A DNA stretch of 64,000 nucleotides, from the NCBI GenBank assembly GCA_963826015.1, contig CAWGVI010000008.1, positions 12,896-76,895 of the forward strand, written 5' to 3'. The notes under the pieces are model-generated. The model did no database searches, was not told the origin of the DNA, and saw only the letters and a list, made by a program, of their open reading frames with translations. The translations under genes and the position numbers were made by a program. Below are positions 9,192-22,292 of this stretch, piece by piece (the stretch's first letter is position 1; the number at the start of each line of letters is the position of its first letter). The stretch is from an uncultured Actinomycetota bacterium. GTDB taxonomy: Bacteria; Actinomycetota; Actinomycetes; Propionibacteriales; Nocardioidaceae.

Positions 9192-11411
9192 TCAGCCGTC
9201 CTCGGCGGGGGTCAGCACAGCGCGCACGGCGTGGGCCGCCTCGGCCGCGCGGTGCTCCGAGAGTGCTCCGGCGCTTGCCTCCTGCAGGTAGAAGACGTCG
9301 ACCGCCTGCGGTCCGAGCGTGTCGATGTGGGCGGAGCGGACGGTGACGTCGAGCCGGGCGAGGGCGGCGAGGGCCAGGTGCAGCACGCCCGGACGGTCGG
9401 CGGCGCGCACCTCCAGGACGGTGGCCTGCCGCGACGCCTCCGGGCGGATCGTGACGCTCGGCGCGAGCGCGCCGGCGCGACCGCGACTGAGCCGGGAGGT
9501 CGGGTCGACCCGGCCGTCGACCACGGCCTCGAAGCGGGAGCGCAGGGTCGCCGGCAGCAGCACCTCGTCGGCGACGTCCCAGACGGAGAAGGCGTGCTCG
9601 CCCTCCGCCCAGGCGCGCGCGGCGCGGACCGACGTGCGCTGCAGGGCGAACATGCCCGCGACGTCGGCGAGCAGCCCCACGCGGTCGTGGGCGACCACGG
9701 TCACCCGGGAGCCGCCGTCGGACTCCTCCTCGACGAGGATCTCCACCCCGTCCTCGTCCGGCAGGGTCACCGGCATGGCCGGCGAGTCCGGCTCGGGCAC
9801 GGTGGCGTCGTACGACGCGAGGAGCCGTCGGGCCAGGTCGTCGACCAGGCCGGCGCGCCAGGTGGACCACGCCTTCGGCGACGCCGCCCGCGCGTCGGCC
9901 TCGCTCAGCGAGCGGAGCAGGGTGACGGTCTCGGCGTCACCGAGCCGGTCGGCGACGTGCGTGAGGGTGGCGGGGTCCTCGGGGTCGCGGGTGGTGGCGG
10001 TCTCGGCGAGCAGCAGGTGCCAGCGCACGAGCGCCCCGATGCGGTCGACGGCGTGGTCGTCGAAACCGAGCCGCACGGCGATCTGGCGCGCGATCGGCTC
10101 TCCCGCGACGCTGTGCTCGGTCAGCCCGCCCTTGCCGATGTCGTGCAGCAGGGCGGCGACCATCAGCACGTCGGGGCGTGCGACGTGCCGGATCAGGGCC
10201 GAGGCCTCGATGCAGGTCTCGACGACGTGACGGTCGACGGTGAACCGGTGGACCGCCGACGCGTGCGGCAGCAGCCGGATCCGCTCCCACTCGGGCAGCA
10301 GCCGGTCGAGCCCGCCGGTCTCCTCGAGGGTCTCCCACACCCCGAGCAGGCCGCGACCGGAGGCGAGCAGCCGCACCAGCAGCTGGCGGGCGGCGGCGGG
10401 CCACGGCTCCGGCATCGGGGCGGTCTCCCGGACCAGCCGGGCGGCGGTCGCGGGGGCGAGCACGACGTCGCGCTCGGCGGCCTCGACGGCGGCCTGCAGC
10501 AGCAGCAGCGGGTCGCGGTCGGGATGGGCGCGGGCGTGCAGGACGACCTCGCCACCGGACAGGGCGAGCCCCTCGGCGACCCGGACCAGGTCGGGACCGC
10601 GCGTCGTACGACCGGCGAGGGGGCGGTTCAGCACGGCCTCGGCCCGACGCCAGGTCAGGCGGGACAGGTGGTTGATCCGGCGGCCGAGCTCGCGGACATG
10701 GACCTGGGCGGCGCGGTCGTCCGGGAGCCCGAGGCCCCCGGCCAGGTCGGACCAGGTCTCCGGGGCGATCCGGTCGGTGGCGCGCCCGGTGACCGTGTGG
10801 AGCACGTCGCGGACGTCGAGCAGGGCTCCGCGGCTGCGCTCGAGCTCGACGTGGGGGGCGTCGACGAGCCACGAGGCGACCAGCGCCTTGAGGACGGTCG
10901 CGTCGCGCAGGCCTCCCCCGGCCTCCTTGACGTCGGGGACGGACAGGTGCGCCAGCTCCCCGATCAGCTCGTGGCGCGAGCGGACCAGGTCGCGCAGCTC
11001 CGGAAGGCGCCCGCGGGCGTCACGACGCCACTCCGTGAGCATGGTGGTGCGGAGCCGGAGCGTGAGCGCGGGATCGCCGGCCAGGTGCCGGACGTCGAGC
11101 AGGCCCAGGGCGACCTTGAGGTCACCGCGGGCGATCCGGACCATCTCGGAGAGCGAGCGCACCGAGTGGTCCAGCCGGGAGCCGGAGTCCCAGAGGGGGT
11201 ACCAGAGGTCCGCCGCCGCGCGGCCGAGGTCGACGCCGTCGTCGTGGACGAGGACGACGTCCAGGTCGGAGGCCGGAGCCAGCTCGCGGCGGCCGTACCC
11301 CCCGACCGCGACGAGGCACACCCCGACGACGGGAGCCCCGGTCCTCTCGAACGCGGCGACGCAGAGTGCGTCCGCTGCCGCGGTGCGATCGGACCGGTCG
11401 CTCGCCGTCAT
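9192..11411 (-). CDS. glnD: [Protein-PII] uridylyl/adenylyltransferase
   Basis: AVGGYGRRELAPASDLD, HRFTVDRH, LLHDIGKG, two ACT domains. Confidence 0.95.
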   Translation of the reverse strand: MTASDRSDRTAAADALCVAAFERTGAPVVGVCLVAVGGYGRRELAPASDLDVVLVHDDGVDLGRAAADLWYPLWDSGSRLDHSVRSLSEMVRIARGDLKVALGLLDVRHLAGDPALTLRLRTTMLTEWRRDARGRLPELRDLVRSRHELIGELAHLSVPDVKEAGGGLRDATVLKALVASWLVDAPHVELERSRGALLDVRDVLHTVTGRATDRIAPETWSDLAGGLGLPDDRAAQVHVRELGRRINHLSRLTWRRAEAVLNRPLAGRTTRGPDLVRVAEGLALSGGEVVLHARAHPDRDPLLLLQAAVEAAERDVVLAPATAARLVRETAPMPEPWPAAARQLLVRLLASGRGLLGVWETLEETGGLDRLLPEWERIRLLPHASAVHRFTVDRHVVETCIEASALIRHVARPDVLMVAALLHDIGKGGLTEHSVAGEPIARQIAVRLGFDDHAVDRIGALVRWHLLLAETATTRDPEDPATLTHVADRLGDAETVTLLRSLSEADARAASPKAWSTWRAGLVDDLARRLLASYDATVPEPDSPAMPVTLPDEDGVEILVEEESDGGSRVTVVAHDRVGLLADVAGMFALQRTSVRAARAWAEGEHAFSVWDVADEVLLPATLRSRFEAVVDGRVDPTSRLSRGRAGALAPSVTIRPEASRQATVLEVRAADRPGVLHLALAALARLDVTVRSAHIDTLGPQAVDVFYLQEASAGALSEHRAAEAAHAVRAVLTPAEDG

Positions 11412-11452
11412 CGGGGTGTCATCAGGGTGTGACTGCGTCGGGGACGCGGCTC

Positions 11453-13089
<1,637 letters not shown>

Positions 13090-13240
13090 AGGACCTCCAG
13101 GAGAACGAACTCGGGAGGGCTGACCCGGCTCCGACGGCACTGTCGGTGGGGGTCATGCCCCGATGGCCAGAACCCTCCCGAGCGGAGGTTTCAACGTGCG
13201 TCGGCCGTTGTTGCGGGCATGCAACGACTGTGGTGATCGT

Positions 13241-13256
13241 GTTACGGCTGTGTGAA
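13241..13256 (-). promoter_or_regulatory. Probable GlnR binding site upstream of amt-glnB-glnD
   Basis: Minus strand TTCAC-n6-GTAAC resembles the GlnR gTnAc-n6-GaAAc box; this operon is a known GlnR target in actinomycetes. Confidence 0.6.
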
Positions 13257-13275
13257 CGCGGCCCGTCCGCCGGTG

Positions 13276-14423
13276 CTAGCCGAGCAGCGCGTCGACGAAG
13301 GCGCCGGCGTCGAACGGGGCGAGGTCGTCGGGACCCTCGCCGAGGCCGACCAGCTTGACCGGGACGCCGAGCTCGCGCTGGACGGCGACCACGATCCCGC
13401 CCTTGGCCGAGCCGTCGAGCTTGGTGAGGACGATGCCGGTGACGTCGACGACCTCGGAGAAGACGCGGGCCTGGATCAGGCCGTTCTGGCCGGTGGTGGC
13501 ATCCAGCACCAGCAGCACCTCGGTGACCGGCGCCTGCTTCTCGATGACCCGCTTGACCTTCCCGAGCTCGTCCATCAGCCCGGCCTTGTTCTGCAACCGG
13601 CCGGCCGTGTCGACGATGACGGTGTCGACGCCCCGGTCGACGCCGGACTTCACGGCCTCGAAGGCGACGGAGGCGGGATCGCCGTTCTCGGGCCCGCGCA
13701 CCACGTCGACGCCCACCCGCTCGCCCCACGTGGCGAGCTGGTCGACCGCGGCGGCGCGGAACGTGTCGGCGGCGCCGAGGACGACGGCCTTGTCCTCGGC
13801 CACGAGGATGCGGGCGATCTTGCCGACGGTGGTGGTCTTGCCGGAGCCGTTGACGCCCACCACCAGCACGACGCCGGGTCGGCCGTCCTCGCCGGTGATC
13901 CGGAGGCGTCGATCCATCGTCGGGTCGACCAGGGTCACGAGCTCCTCGCGGAGCACCGCGCGGGCGTCGGGTCGTTGTCCGCCCTCGACCCGGAGCCGGG
14001 TGCGGAGGTTCTCGACGACCTGGGTGGTCGGGGCGACGCCGATGTCGGCGGTGAGCAGGGTGTCCTCGATCGACTCCCACGTGTCCTCGTCGAGGGTGTC
14101 ACGCGAGAGCAGCGCGAGCAGGCCGCGGCCCAGGCCGCCCTGCGACCCGGCCAGCCGGCTCCGGAGCCGCTGCATCCGGGATGCCGTGCCCTCGGGCTTC
14201 TCCAGCGTCCGCTCGGGGGCGGCGGGGGCGACCTCGGTGGGCGCGACCTCGGTGGGCGCGACCTCGGTGGGCGCGGCGTCGAGGTCCTCCGGAGCGGCCG
14301 TGGACGGCGGCGCGACCGGCGGCGCGGGGCCTTCCGGGTCGAGCGGGTACGGGCCAGGAGGCCGACGACCAGCGCGACGCCGAGGACGGCGATGCCGATG
14401 AGCAGGTAGAGCAGGTCACCCAT
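13276..14423 (-). CDS. ftsY: SRP receptor FtsY (one frameshift near 14325, probably sequencing error)
   Basis: N-terminal TM in one frame; APTEV-repeat linker and NG domain (GVNGSGKTT, DTAGRLQ, TKLDGSAKGG) in another. Confidence 0.93.
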
Positions 14424-14452
14424 GGGTCAATCCAAGCAGAGCGGGGATCCGC

Positions 14453-14716
14453 TCAGGAGCGCGCGTCCGACTCCTCGCGGACGGGCTCGCGCAGCGCCCG
14501 CTCGCGCTCCTCGTCCTGCTCGGGGTCGATGGTGGACACCGCGCCGGAGGCGCGGCCCATGGCCTCGCCGAGCCAGGGTGCGCCGGGCATCTCCTCGCCC
14601 CGGTGGGGGAACGCCACGAAGGCCACGACGAGACCGGCCACGGCGATGATGACGAGCATGGTGATCACGATGAAAGCCACTCGCCCACCCTCGCACACCG
14701 GTCTGGACCGGGTCAT
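14453..14716 (-). CDS. Small single-pass membrane hypothetical protein
   Basis: Hydrophobic N-terminus then VAFPHRGEEMPGAPWLG; true start may be slightly downstream. Confidence 0.65.
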   Translation of the reverse strand: MTRSRPVCEGGRVAFIVITMLVIIAVAGLVVAFVAFPHRGEEMPGAPWLGEAMGRASGAVSTIDPEQDEERERALREPVREESDARS

Positions 14717-14740
14717 TCGACGCGAGCCCGGCGGCGTGTC

Positions 14741-15202
14741 TCAGCTGGGCTGCTTCGTCAGGGGGGTGACGGCGGTGCGGATCTGGTCCGGCACCGGGAC
14801 GACGGGGCGGTCAGGGTCGCCGTTGTCGACGTAGACGTGCACGAAGCGGCCCTCGGCGGCCGCCTCCTCCCCGTCGCCCTGGAAGAGCCCGACCCGGTAG
14901 ACGACCGAGGAGGTGCCGAGCCGGTCGACCACGACACCGACGTCGACCGGCTCCGGGTAACCGACCTCCGCGAAGTACCGGCACCCCACCTCCGCCACGA
15001 CCCCGATCGCCGGGAGCGCGCGGATGTCGGTGCCCGTGGCGGTGACGAGGTGGTTGTTGACGACGGTGTCGATGATCTCGAAGTAGCGGGCGTTGTTCAT
15101 GTGGCCGTAGACGTCGATGTCGGCCCAGCGGGTCGTGACCTGCTCCCAGTGGACGTAGTCGGCGCGGGTGGGGCGGGGTGGGCGGGGTCGACCGTCGGGC
15201 AT
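14741..15202 (-). CDS. Acyl-CoA thioesterase (4HBT/YbgC-like)
   Basis: TRWADIDVYGHMNNARY hot-dog motif; TAGGGT before ATG. Confidence 0.92.
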   Translation of the reverse strand: MPDGRPRPPRPTRADYVHWEQVTTRWADIDVYGHMNNARYFEIIDTVVNNHLVTATGTDIRALPAIGVVAEVGCRYFAEVGYPEPVDVGVVVDRLGTSSVVYRVGLFQGDGEEAAAEGRFVHVYVDNGDPDRPVVPVPDQIRTAVTPLTKQPS

Positions 15203-15244
15203 GGCCGCGACCCTAGCGGCGGGGGGCTCACGTCGAAGCGCTCT

Positions 15245-15363
15245 GCCGATGAGTCCACCCATCCGCGGGCTCGGCCGATGAGTCCACCCATCCGCGGGCT
15301 CGGCCGATGAGTCCACATGGCCTCATTGGCCGAGCGGGGGCGGGGCCGGACTCATTGGCCGAG
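15245..15363. repeat. 29-bp tandem repeat (2.5 copies) followed by two inverted partial copies
   Basis: gccgatgagtccacccatccgcgggctcg at 15245 and 15274, partial at 15303; (gga)ctcattggccgag at 15322 and 15348. Confidence 0.9.
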
Positions 15364-15408
15364 TGCTCATGAGCACGTTCCCGGGCGACGACGGCGGTGG
15401 GGTGCGGG

Positions 15409-15417
15409 TTGTCCACA
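15409..15417 (+). promoter_or_regulatory. DnaA-box-like sequence
   Basis: Exact TTGTCCACA, the actinobacterial DnaA box consensus; single copy. Confidence 0.4.
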
Positions 15418-15469
15418 GCCCCCGTCACTCCCAGCCTGCCAGCCCGTCGAGAGCCCTAGCGTCGACCCC

Positions 15470-16012
15470 GTGTACGTCTCGGCCAGGCAGGCAGCCTCGA
15501 TCCTCGGGTGTGGGCGGGAGACGGCACGCCGGGTGTTGGCGAGCGGGCTCGCCGGAATCCCCGTCTGGACAACCACCGCGCTGCTCTACGAGCGCAGTGC
15601 GGTCGAGGCACTGGCCGCGAGACGAGAGATCGACCTCGTCGACGCCGAGGAGTGGGCACCGCACGGGCTGGTCGTGGGGCGGCTCGATCCGCGCCACGGG
15701 GTGGCGGCAGGGCCCTGGCAGGCGTCGGTCGTGACCGAGGCGATGGTGGCGATCCTGACCCGGGAGCACGGCCCGTTGCCGATGGTGACCAGCGTGGGTG
15801 GGTTCGTGGTCGAGGGGTGCGACGTGGTCGCGATCCGCGGGACGACGCTCCGGCGAGTGCTGTTCACGCTGACCCCGCCCGGGCCGTGGTGGGACGCAGT
15901 GCGCGACCGTCGGCTGGCCACCCCACCGGGCAACCACCTGCTCTTCGCCGGCTCCCCTGCGCTGAGCCAGTGGCAGGTCAGGCCGGCTGGGCGTCCCGCA
16001 GCCGCTGGCTGA
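15470..16012 (+). CDS. Hypothetical protein with N-terminal helix-turn-helix
   Basis: VSARQAASILGCGRETARRVL resembles an excisionase/MerR-type HTH; TAGCGT 7 nt before GTG; overlaps the smc 3' end. Confidence 0.65.
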   Translation: MYVSARQAASILGCGRETARRVLASGLAGIPVWTTTALLYERSAVEALAARREIDLVDAEEWAPHGLVVGRLDPRHGVAAGPWQASVVTEAMVAILTREHGPLPMVTSVGGFVVEGCDVVAIRGTTLRRVLFTLTPPGPWWDAVRDRRLATPPGNHLLFAGSPALSQWQVRPAGRPAAAG

Positions 16013-19000
16013 TGACGGTGGTGACGCCGTCGCCGCGCATGGTGACGCCGTAGAGCGCGTCGCCGACCTCCATGGTCCGCTTCTGGTGGGTGATCACGAG
16101 GAGCTGGGAGGTCTCGCGCAGCTCCTCGTAGATCTCCAGCAGCCGGCCCAGGTTGGTGTCGTCGAGGGCGGCCTCCACCTCGTCGAGGATGTAGAAGGGC
16201 GAGGGGCGGGCCTTGAACAGCGCGACCAGGAACGCCACCGCGACCAGGGACCGCTCGCCACCGGAGAGCAGTGAGAGGCGCTTGACCTTCTTGCCGGCCG
16301 GGCGGGCCTCGACCTCGATGCCGGTGTTGAGCATGTCGTCGGGGTCGGTGAGCACCAGGCGGCCCTCGCCCCCGGGGAACAGTCGAGAGAAGGTGGAGTC
16401 GAAGGCCGTGCTGACGTCGGCGTACGCCGCGACGAACACCTCCTCGACCCGGGCGTCGACCTCGCGGACGATGTCGAGGAGGTCCTTGCGGGTCTTCTTG
16501 AGGTCCTCGAGCTGCTCGGTGAGGAACTTGTGCCGCTCCTCCATCGCCGAGAACTCCTCGAGGGCGAGCGGGTTGACCCGGCCCAGCATCGCCAGCGCAC
16601 GCTCGGCGGTGCGCAGCCGCTTCTGCTGCTCCTCGCGGACGAACGCGACCGGCTCCGGGGTCTCGGCGCCCTCCTCGACCTCGCCCGTGAACGGCACGAG
16701 CTGGTCGGGGCCGTACTCGGCGACCAGGGCGTCGGGGTCGAGACCGAGCTCCTCGAGCGCACGCTCCTCGAGCTGCTCGATGCGCATCCGCTGCTGGGTG
16801 CGCGCCATCTCGTCGCGGTGGACCGAGTTGACCAGCTCGTCGTGCTGGCGGCCGAGGTCGCGCAGGGAGGCGCGGGCGGCCAGCAGCTGCTGCTCACGCT
16901 CGGCGCGGCCGGCCTCGACGGCGGTCCGGGCCTCGGCGGCCCGGTGCAGCGAGACCTCGAGCCGCTGGAGCACCACGCCGACGGCGATGCCGACGGCCTC
17001 GGCGGCGCGGCCCTCGCGGATCAACCGCTCTCGGCGCTCGGCGGCGCGGGCGCGGGACTCGCGCTCGGCGGCGGCGGCACGGGTCAGCTGGTCGGCGCGG
17101 CCGTGGAGGGCGCGGGCGCGCTCCTCGGCGGTACGGAGCGACAGCCGGGCGTCCATCTCGCCCTGCCGGGCGCCGCGGGCGGCGTCGGCCAGGCGCTCGT
17201 GCTCGGCGGTGTCGGGCTCCTCGTCGGGGGCGTCCTCCGCGGTCAGGAGCCGGGACTCCAGGTCGGCGAGCCCGGACATGTCGGCGTCGCGCGCCTCGGT
17301 GGCGCGGGTGATCGAGGCGACCAGGCGCTCGACCTCACCGCGCGCCGCGCGGGACTGCGAGCCGTACTGGCCCAGCTCCTCGGCGACGGCCGCGAGCGTC
17401 GCGTCGGACTCGTGCAGCTTGGCCAGCGCCACGTCGACCCGCTGCTGGGCGGCGAGCCGCTCCGCCTCGAGCCGGGAGATGTCGAAGCCGAGCCGCTCGG
17501 CGGTGGCGGTCGCCTCCGCGAGCTGGGTGCCGGCCTCGTCGACGGCCGCCTGGATCTCGAGCAGGCTCGGCTGGCTGCTGGAGCCGCCCGGCCGCGAAGT
17601 GGGAGCCGAAGACGTCGCCGTCGCGGGTCACCGCGGTGAGGTCGGGGACCTCGGCGACCAGGCGGCGGGCGCTCGGCAGGTCGTCGACGACGGCGACCTT
17701 GAAGAGCAGCCGGGCGAGGGCGCCGGAGAGGTCGGCGGGCGCGTCGACGACGTCGAGGGCGTACGTCGCGCCCGCGGGCAGCCCGGGCCACTCGCGGTCG
17801 GCGACGGGTGCCCCGCCGAGCAGCATCCCGGCCCGGCCGAGGTCGTCGGCCTTGAGGTGGTCGAGGGCACCGACCGCGGCGTCGGCGTCGGTGACGACGA
17901 CGGCGTCGGCGGCCGAGCCGAGCGCGCTGGCGACCGCGGTCTCGTAGCCGGAGCGCACGGAGAGCAGGGCGGCGACGGAGCCGAGGAGGCCGGACACGTC
18001 GTCGGAGGCGGCGAGCAGTGCCCCGGCTCCGTCCTTGCGGTTGAGCCCGAGCTCGAGGGCGTCCTTGCGGGCCTGGAGGGCACCGCGGTCGCGGTCGGCC
18101 TGCTGCACCTCGTCGCGGATCTTGGCCAGCCGCTCCTCGAGGTCGTCGAGCTCGGCGGACGCGGCCTCGTGCTCGGCGTCGAGGCCCTCCTCCCCCGCGT
18201 CGAGCCCGGCGACCCGGGTCTCGAGGGAGGTGAAGTCGCGCTGGGCACGGGCGGCGCGGGCGGCGGCCTCCTCGCGGGCCTGCTCGAGCCGGCCGATCTC
18301 GTCGTCGGCCGCGGCGGCGCGCGACTTGAGCGCGTTGACCTGGCCGTGCAGCCGAGCCAGGCCCTCGCGGCGGTCGGCGGCGGCACGGTGGAGGCCGGCG
18401 ATCCGACGCTCCTCCTCCGCGGCCGCGTCCTCGGAGGAGCGCGGGCGGTGACGGCCTGCTCGAGCGCCGTACGACGCTCGTCGACCTCGGCGGCGATCTG
18501 CTGCTCCTGCTCGCGCAGCTGGGCGGCCTCGGCGTCGAGCTGGTCGGGGTCGCGGCCGGACTCGACCGACTCCTCCACCGACCCGGCGTTGCGGACGCGC
18601 TCGGCGGCCAGCGACTGGGTGCCGCGGAGCCGCTCGCGCAGCCCGGACAGGGCGAACCAGGTGTCCTGCGCCTGCGAGAGCGCGGGCAGCGACTCCCGGA
18701 GCGAGCCCTCGAGGCCGGCCTCGGCCTGCTGCGCCTCGGCGATCGCGGACTCGACCTCGGCCCGGCGCTCGACCAGGACCGTCTCGTCGGCGAGCTCCTG
18801 CTCCAGCGCGGTCCGGGCGGTGACGAGGTCGTCGGCCACCAGCCGGGCGCGGGCGTCGCGGACCTCGGCCTGGACCCCGGCGGCCCGGCGGGCGACCTCG
18901 GCCTGGCGACCCAGCGGCTTGAGCTGACGCCGGATCTCGGAGAGGAGGTCTCCGAGTCGGTGCAGGTTGCCCTCGGTCGAGTCGAGCTTGCGGAGCGCCT

Positions 19001-19526
19001 TCTCCTTGCGCTTGCGGTGCTTGAGGACGCCGGCGGCCTCCTCGATGAAGCCGCGGCGGTCCTCGGGGGTGGCGTGCAGGATCGTGTCGAGCTGGCCCTG
19101 CCCGACGATCACGTGCATCTCGCGCCCGATGCCGGAGTCGGAGAGCAGCTCCTGGACGTCGAGCAGCCGGCACGGCGTGCCGTTGATGGCGTAGTCGGAG
19201 CCGCCGGAGCGGAACATGGTGCGGCTGATCGTCACCTCGGCGTACTCGATCGGCAGCGCGCCGTCGGAGTTGTCGATCGTGAGCAGGACCTCGGCCCGGC
19301 CCAGCGGCGGGCGGCCGGAGGTGCCGGCGAAGATGACGTCCTCCATCTTGCCGCCGCGCAGGCTCTTGGCCCCCTGCTCGCCCATGACCCAGGCGAGCGC
19401 GTCGACGACGTTGGACTTGCCCGAGCCGTTCGGCCCCACGATGCAGGTGATCCCCGGCTCGAGCTGCAGGGTCGTGGAGGAGGCGAAGGACTTGAACCCC
19501 TTCAGGGTCAGGCTCTTCAGGTACAA
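15978..19526 (-). CDS. smc: Chromosome segregation protein SMC (frameshifts near 18440 and 17590, probably sequencing errors)
   Basis: [14 protein letters not shown], hinge, [22 protein letters not shown] distributed over three frames; TTG start after GAGGAG. Confidence 0.95.
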
Positions 19527-19744
19527 CGCAGGGCTCCTCACCGTGACGTGCCAGTACTGAGGGGTGTGCGGGGAAGCTCAGCCGCGCTCACCCTACCGCC
19601 CGCCGGACAGCGAGCCGGGGAGGACACATGCGGCTGTCCGTGTCGTGCGCCGTCACCGCCACGTCGGGCGGATCCGGATCGACGCCACGCAGCAGCAGTA
19701 CCTCCGGCGGACCAAGCAGCCCGCGAGACCGGCCGGCTCGACGA

Positions 19745-20848
19745 CTAGACCCGCTCGAGCGCCTCCTCCAGCGCCGCGAGCACCAGCAGGACCGCGTCGG
19801 GCCGGGCGTTGTGGCCCATCAGGCCGATCCGCCAGACGCTGGCCGCGAACTCGCCGGCGCCGGCGCCGATCTCGATGCCGTGGGTGTCGAGGAGGTGGGA
19901 GCGCACGGCGGCGGAGTCGACGCCGTCGGGAACCTTGACGGTGGTGAGCTCGGGGAGCCGGTGACCCTCCGCCGCGAACAGCTCGAGCCCGAGCGCCTCC
20001 AGGCCGTCCTGGAGCTGCCGGCCCGCGGCCTCGTGCCGCGCCCAGACGGCGTCGAGGCCTTCGTCGAGGACCCGACCGAGGCCGGCGTGCAGGCTCGCGA
20101 CCATCGCGGTCGGTGCCGTGTGGTGGTAGGTCCGCTTGCCCTGGGTGGCGCTCGCCTCGCCGACGTACCCGCCGAGCAGGCCGAGGTCGAGGTACCAGGA
20201 CTGGGGCTTCTCGACCCGGCGCTCGAACGCCCGGTCGTTGATGGTGAACGGCGCCAGCCCGGGCGCGACCCCGAGGCACTTCTGGGTGCCGGCGTAGCCG
20301 ACGTCGATCCCCCAGTCGTCGGCCCGGAGCTCGATGCCACCGATGCTGGTGACGGCGTCGGTGACGAGCAGCGCGTCACCCTTCCCCGCGCCGAGGGCGG
20401 CGATGTCGGAGCGGACGCCGGTGGACGTCTCGGCGTGCACGGCCGCGATCAGCTGCGGCGAGGCGTGCGCGGACAGGACCCGGTCGACGTCGACCGGCTG
20501 ACCCCACGCGTGCTCGACCGGGACGACCTCGGCCCCGCACCGGGCGGCCACGTCGCACATCCGCTGCCCGAACAGCCCGTTGACGGCCACCACGACCACG
20601 TCGCCGGGGTGGACGGTGTTGACGAACGCCGCCTCCATGCCGGCCGACCCGGTCGCGCTGATCGGCAGGGTGCGCGCGTTCGTCGTGCCCCACACCGTCC
20701 GCAGCCGCTCGCACGTCTCGTCCATCACCTCGAGGAAGGCGGGGTCCAGGTGACCGAGCAGCGGGCTGGCCAGGGCCGCCGTCGCCTCGGGGTAGGGGTT
20801 GGACGGTCCGGGACCGAACAGGTGGCGTTCACGGATCAGGGAGGTCAT
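19745..20848 (-). CDS. Class V aminotransferase (alanine/serine-glyoxylate type)
   Basis: LFGPGPS, VHAETSTG, DAVTS, GTQKCL, WRIGLMG. Confidence 0.92.
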   Translation of the reverse strand: MTSLIRERHLFGPGPSNPYPEATAALASPLLGHLDPAFLEVMDETCERLRTVWGTTNARTLPISATGSAGMEAAFVNTVHPGDVVVVAVNGLFGQRMCDVAARCGAEVVPVEHAWGQPVDVDRVLSAHASPQLIAAVHAETSTGVRSDIAALGAGKGDALLVTDAVTSIGGIELRADDWGIDVGYAGTQKCLGVAPGLAPFTINDRAFERRVEKPQSWYLDLGLLGGYVGEASATQGKRTYHHTAPTAMVASLHAGLGRVLDEGLDAVWARHEAAGRQLQDGLEALGLELFAAEGHRLPELTTVKVPDGVDSAAVRSHLLDTHGIEIGAGAGEFAASVWRIGLMGHNARPDAVLLVLAALEEALERV

Positions 20849-20901
20849 GCCGTCGAACGCTAGCCGGACGCGTGGAGGGACTCCCGCGCCGGTGCCGACA
20901 T

Positions 20902-22276
20902 CTAGAGGATCGCGCCGGGGTTGAGGATGCCGTCCGGGTCGAGGGCGTCCTTGACCCGCCGGGTCAGCGCCATCACGTCGTCGCCGAGCTGGGCGGGCAG
21001 CGCGGACTTCTTGGTCCGGCCGACGCCGTGCTCGCCGGTGATCGTCCCGTCGAGCGCGATCGCCGCGTGCATGATGTCCTCGAAGGCCTGGAGCGCCCGC
21101 AGGTGGGCCGCCTCGTCGTCCCGCGGCACGACGATCAGCGGGTGGGTGTTGCCGTCGCCGGCGTGCGCGACGACCGGGATCGAGAGGTCGTGCCGCGCGG
21201 CGATCTCGGCCACCGCGCGGAGCAGCTCGGGCAGGCGCGGGACGGGGACGCCGACGTCCTCGAGCATCAGCGCGCCCAGCGGCTCGACCGCGGGGATCAC
21301 CATCCGCCGGGCCAGCACGAACTGCTCGCCCTCGTCGGGGTCGTCGGTGACGAACACGTCCAGCGCACCGCTGTCGCGGCAGGCCTTCTCCATCAGCGCG
21401 ATCTCCTCGCTGCGGGAGGAGCCCGGGGCGTCGGACTGGGCGACCAGCAGCGCGCCGGCGTCGGTGTCGAGGCCCATCGACCGGTGCGCCTCGACGGCGC
21501 GGATCGAGGGCTGGTCCATCAGCTCCAGCATCGAGGGGCGCAGCCGGCGCCGGATCGCGACCACCGCCTCGGCCGCGACGGTCGGGCTCGGGAACGACGC
21601 CACGAGCGTGGAGCGGGCCTCCTGCGCCGGCACCAGCCGCAGCAGCACCCGGGTGACGACCCCCAAGCGTCCCCTCGCTGCCGACGAAGAGCTTGAGCAG
21701 GCTGAGCCCGGCGACGTCCTTGATCCGCTTGCCGCCGAGCCGCACCAGCGTGCCGTCGGCGAGCACCACGTCCAGGCCGAGGACGTAGTCGGTCGTCACG
21801 CCGTACTTCACGCAGCAGAGCCCGCCGGCGTTGGTCGCGACGTTGCCGCCGATCGAGCAGAACTCGTACGACGAGGGGTCGGGCGGGTACCAGAGACCGT
21901 GCTCGGCCGCGGCCGCCTTGACCTGCGCGTTCATCGCGCCCGGCTCGACCACCGCGACCTGGCAGGAGGCGTCGATCTCGATCGCCACCATCCGCTCCAG
22001 GCTCAGCACCAGGCCGTCGTCGACGGCGCTCGAGCCGCCGGAGAGGCCGCTGCCGGCCCCGCGGGGCACGACCGGGACGCCGTGGGCCGCTGCCCACCGG
22101 ACCGCGGTCTGCACCTGCCCGGCGTCCTCGGCCCGGACCACGACGGCGGGGGTCCCGGTCGACGGGTCCTGCGACCGGTCCCAGCGGTACTTCTGGACCC
22201 GGTCGCGGTCGGTGACGACGACGCCCTCGGGCAGCGCGTCGACCAGCTCGGCGAGGACGTCTCTGGGGAGTGCCAT
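20902..22276 (-). CDS. FAD-linked oxidase, GlcD/D-lactate dehydrogenase family (frameshift near 21662)
   Basis: PRGAGSGLSGG, YPPDPSS, GSEGTLG, HAGDGNTH, TGEHGVG, DPDGILNPG; extra G in a G run. Confidence 0.9.
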
Positions 22277-22292
22277 GGCCCCATGGAACCAC

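Noticed and set aside
15245-15363. CRISPR array
   Set aside because: The sequences between repeats are identical, there are only 2.5 units, and no cas genes are present
15978-19526. smc, gltX, ftsY and others as pseudogenes or programmed frameshifts
   Set aside because: All motifs are intact, there are no nonsense codons or shared slippery site, and indels are scattered across unrelated genes
19560-19745. Small gene upstream of smc (GGAGG-ATG at 19628)
   Set aside because: The frame runs antisense through the aminotransferase with low-complexity sequence and no motif
19745-22276. 843-aa oxidase-aminotransferase fusion
   Set aside because: The middle is out-of-frame Arg-rich sequence caused by an extra G near 21662; both genes have their own ends
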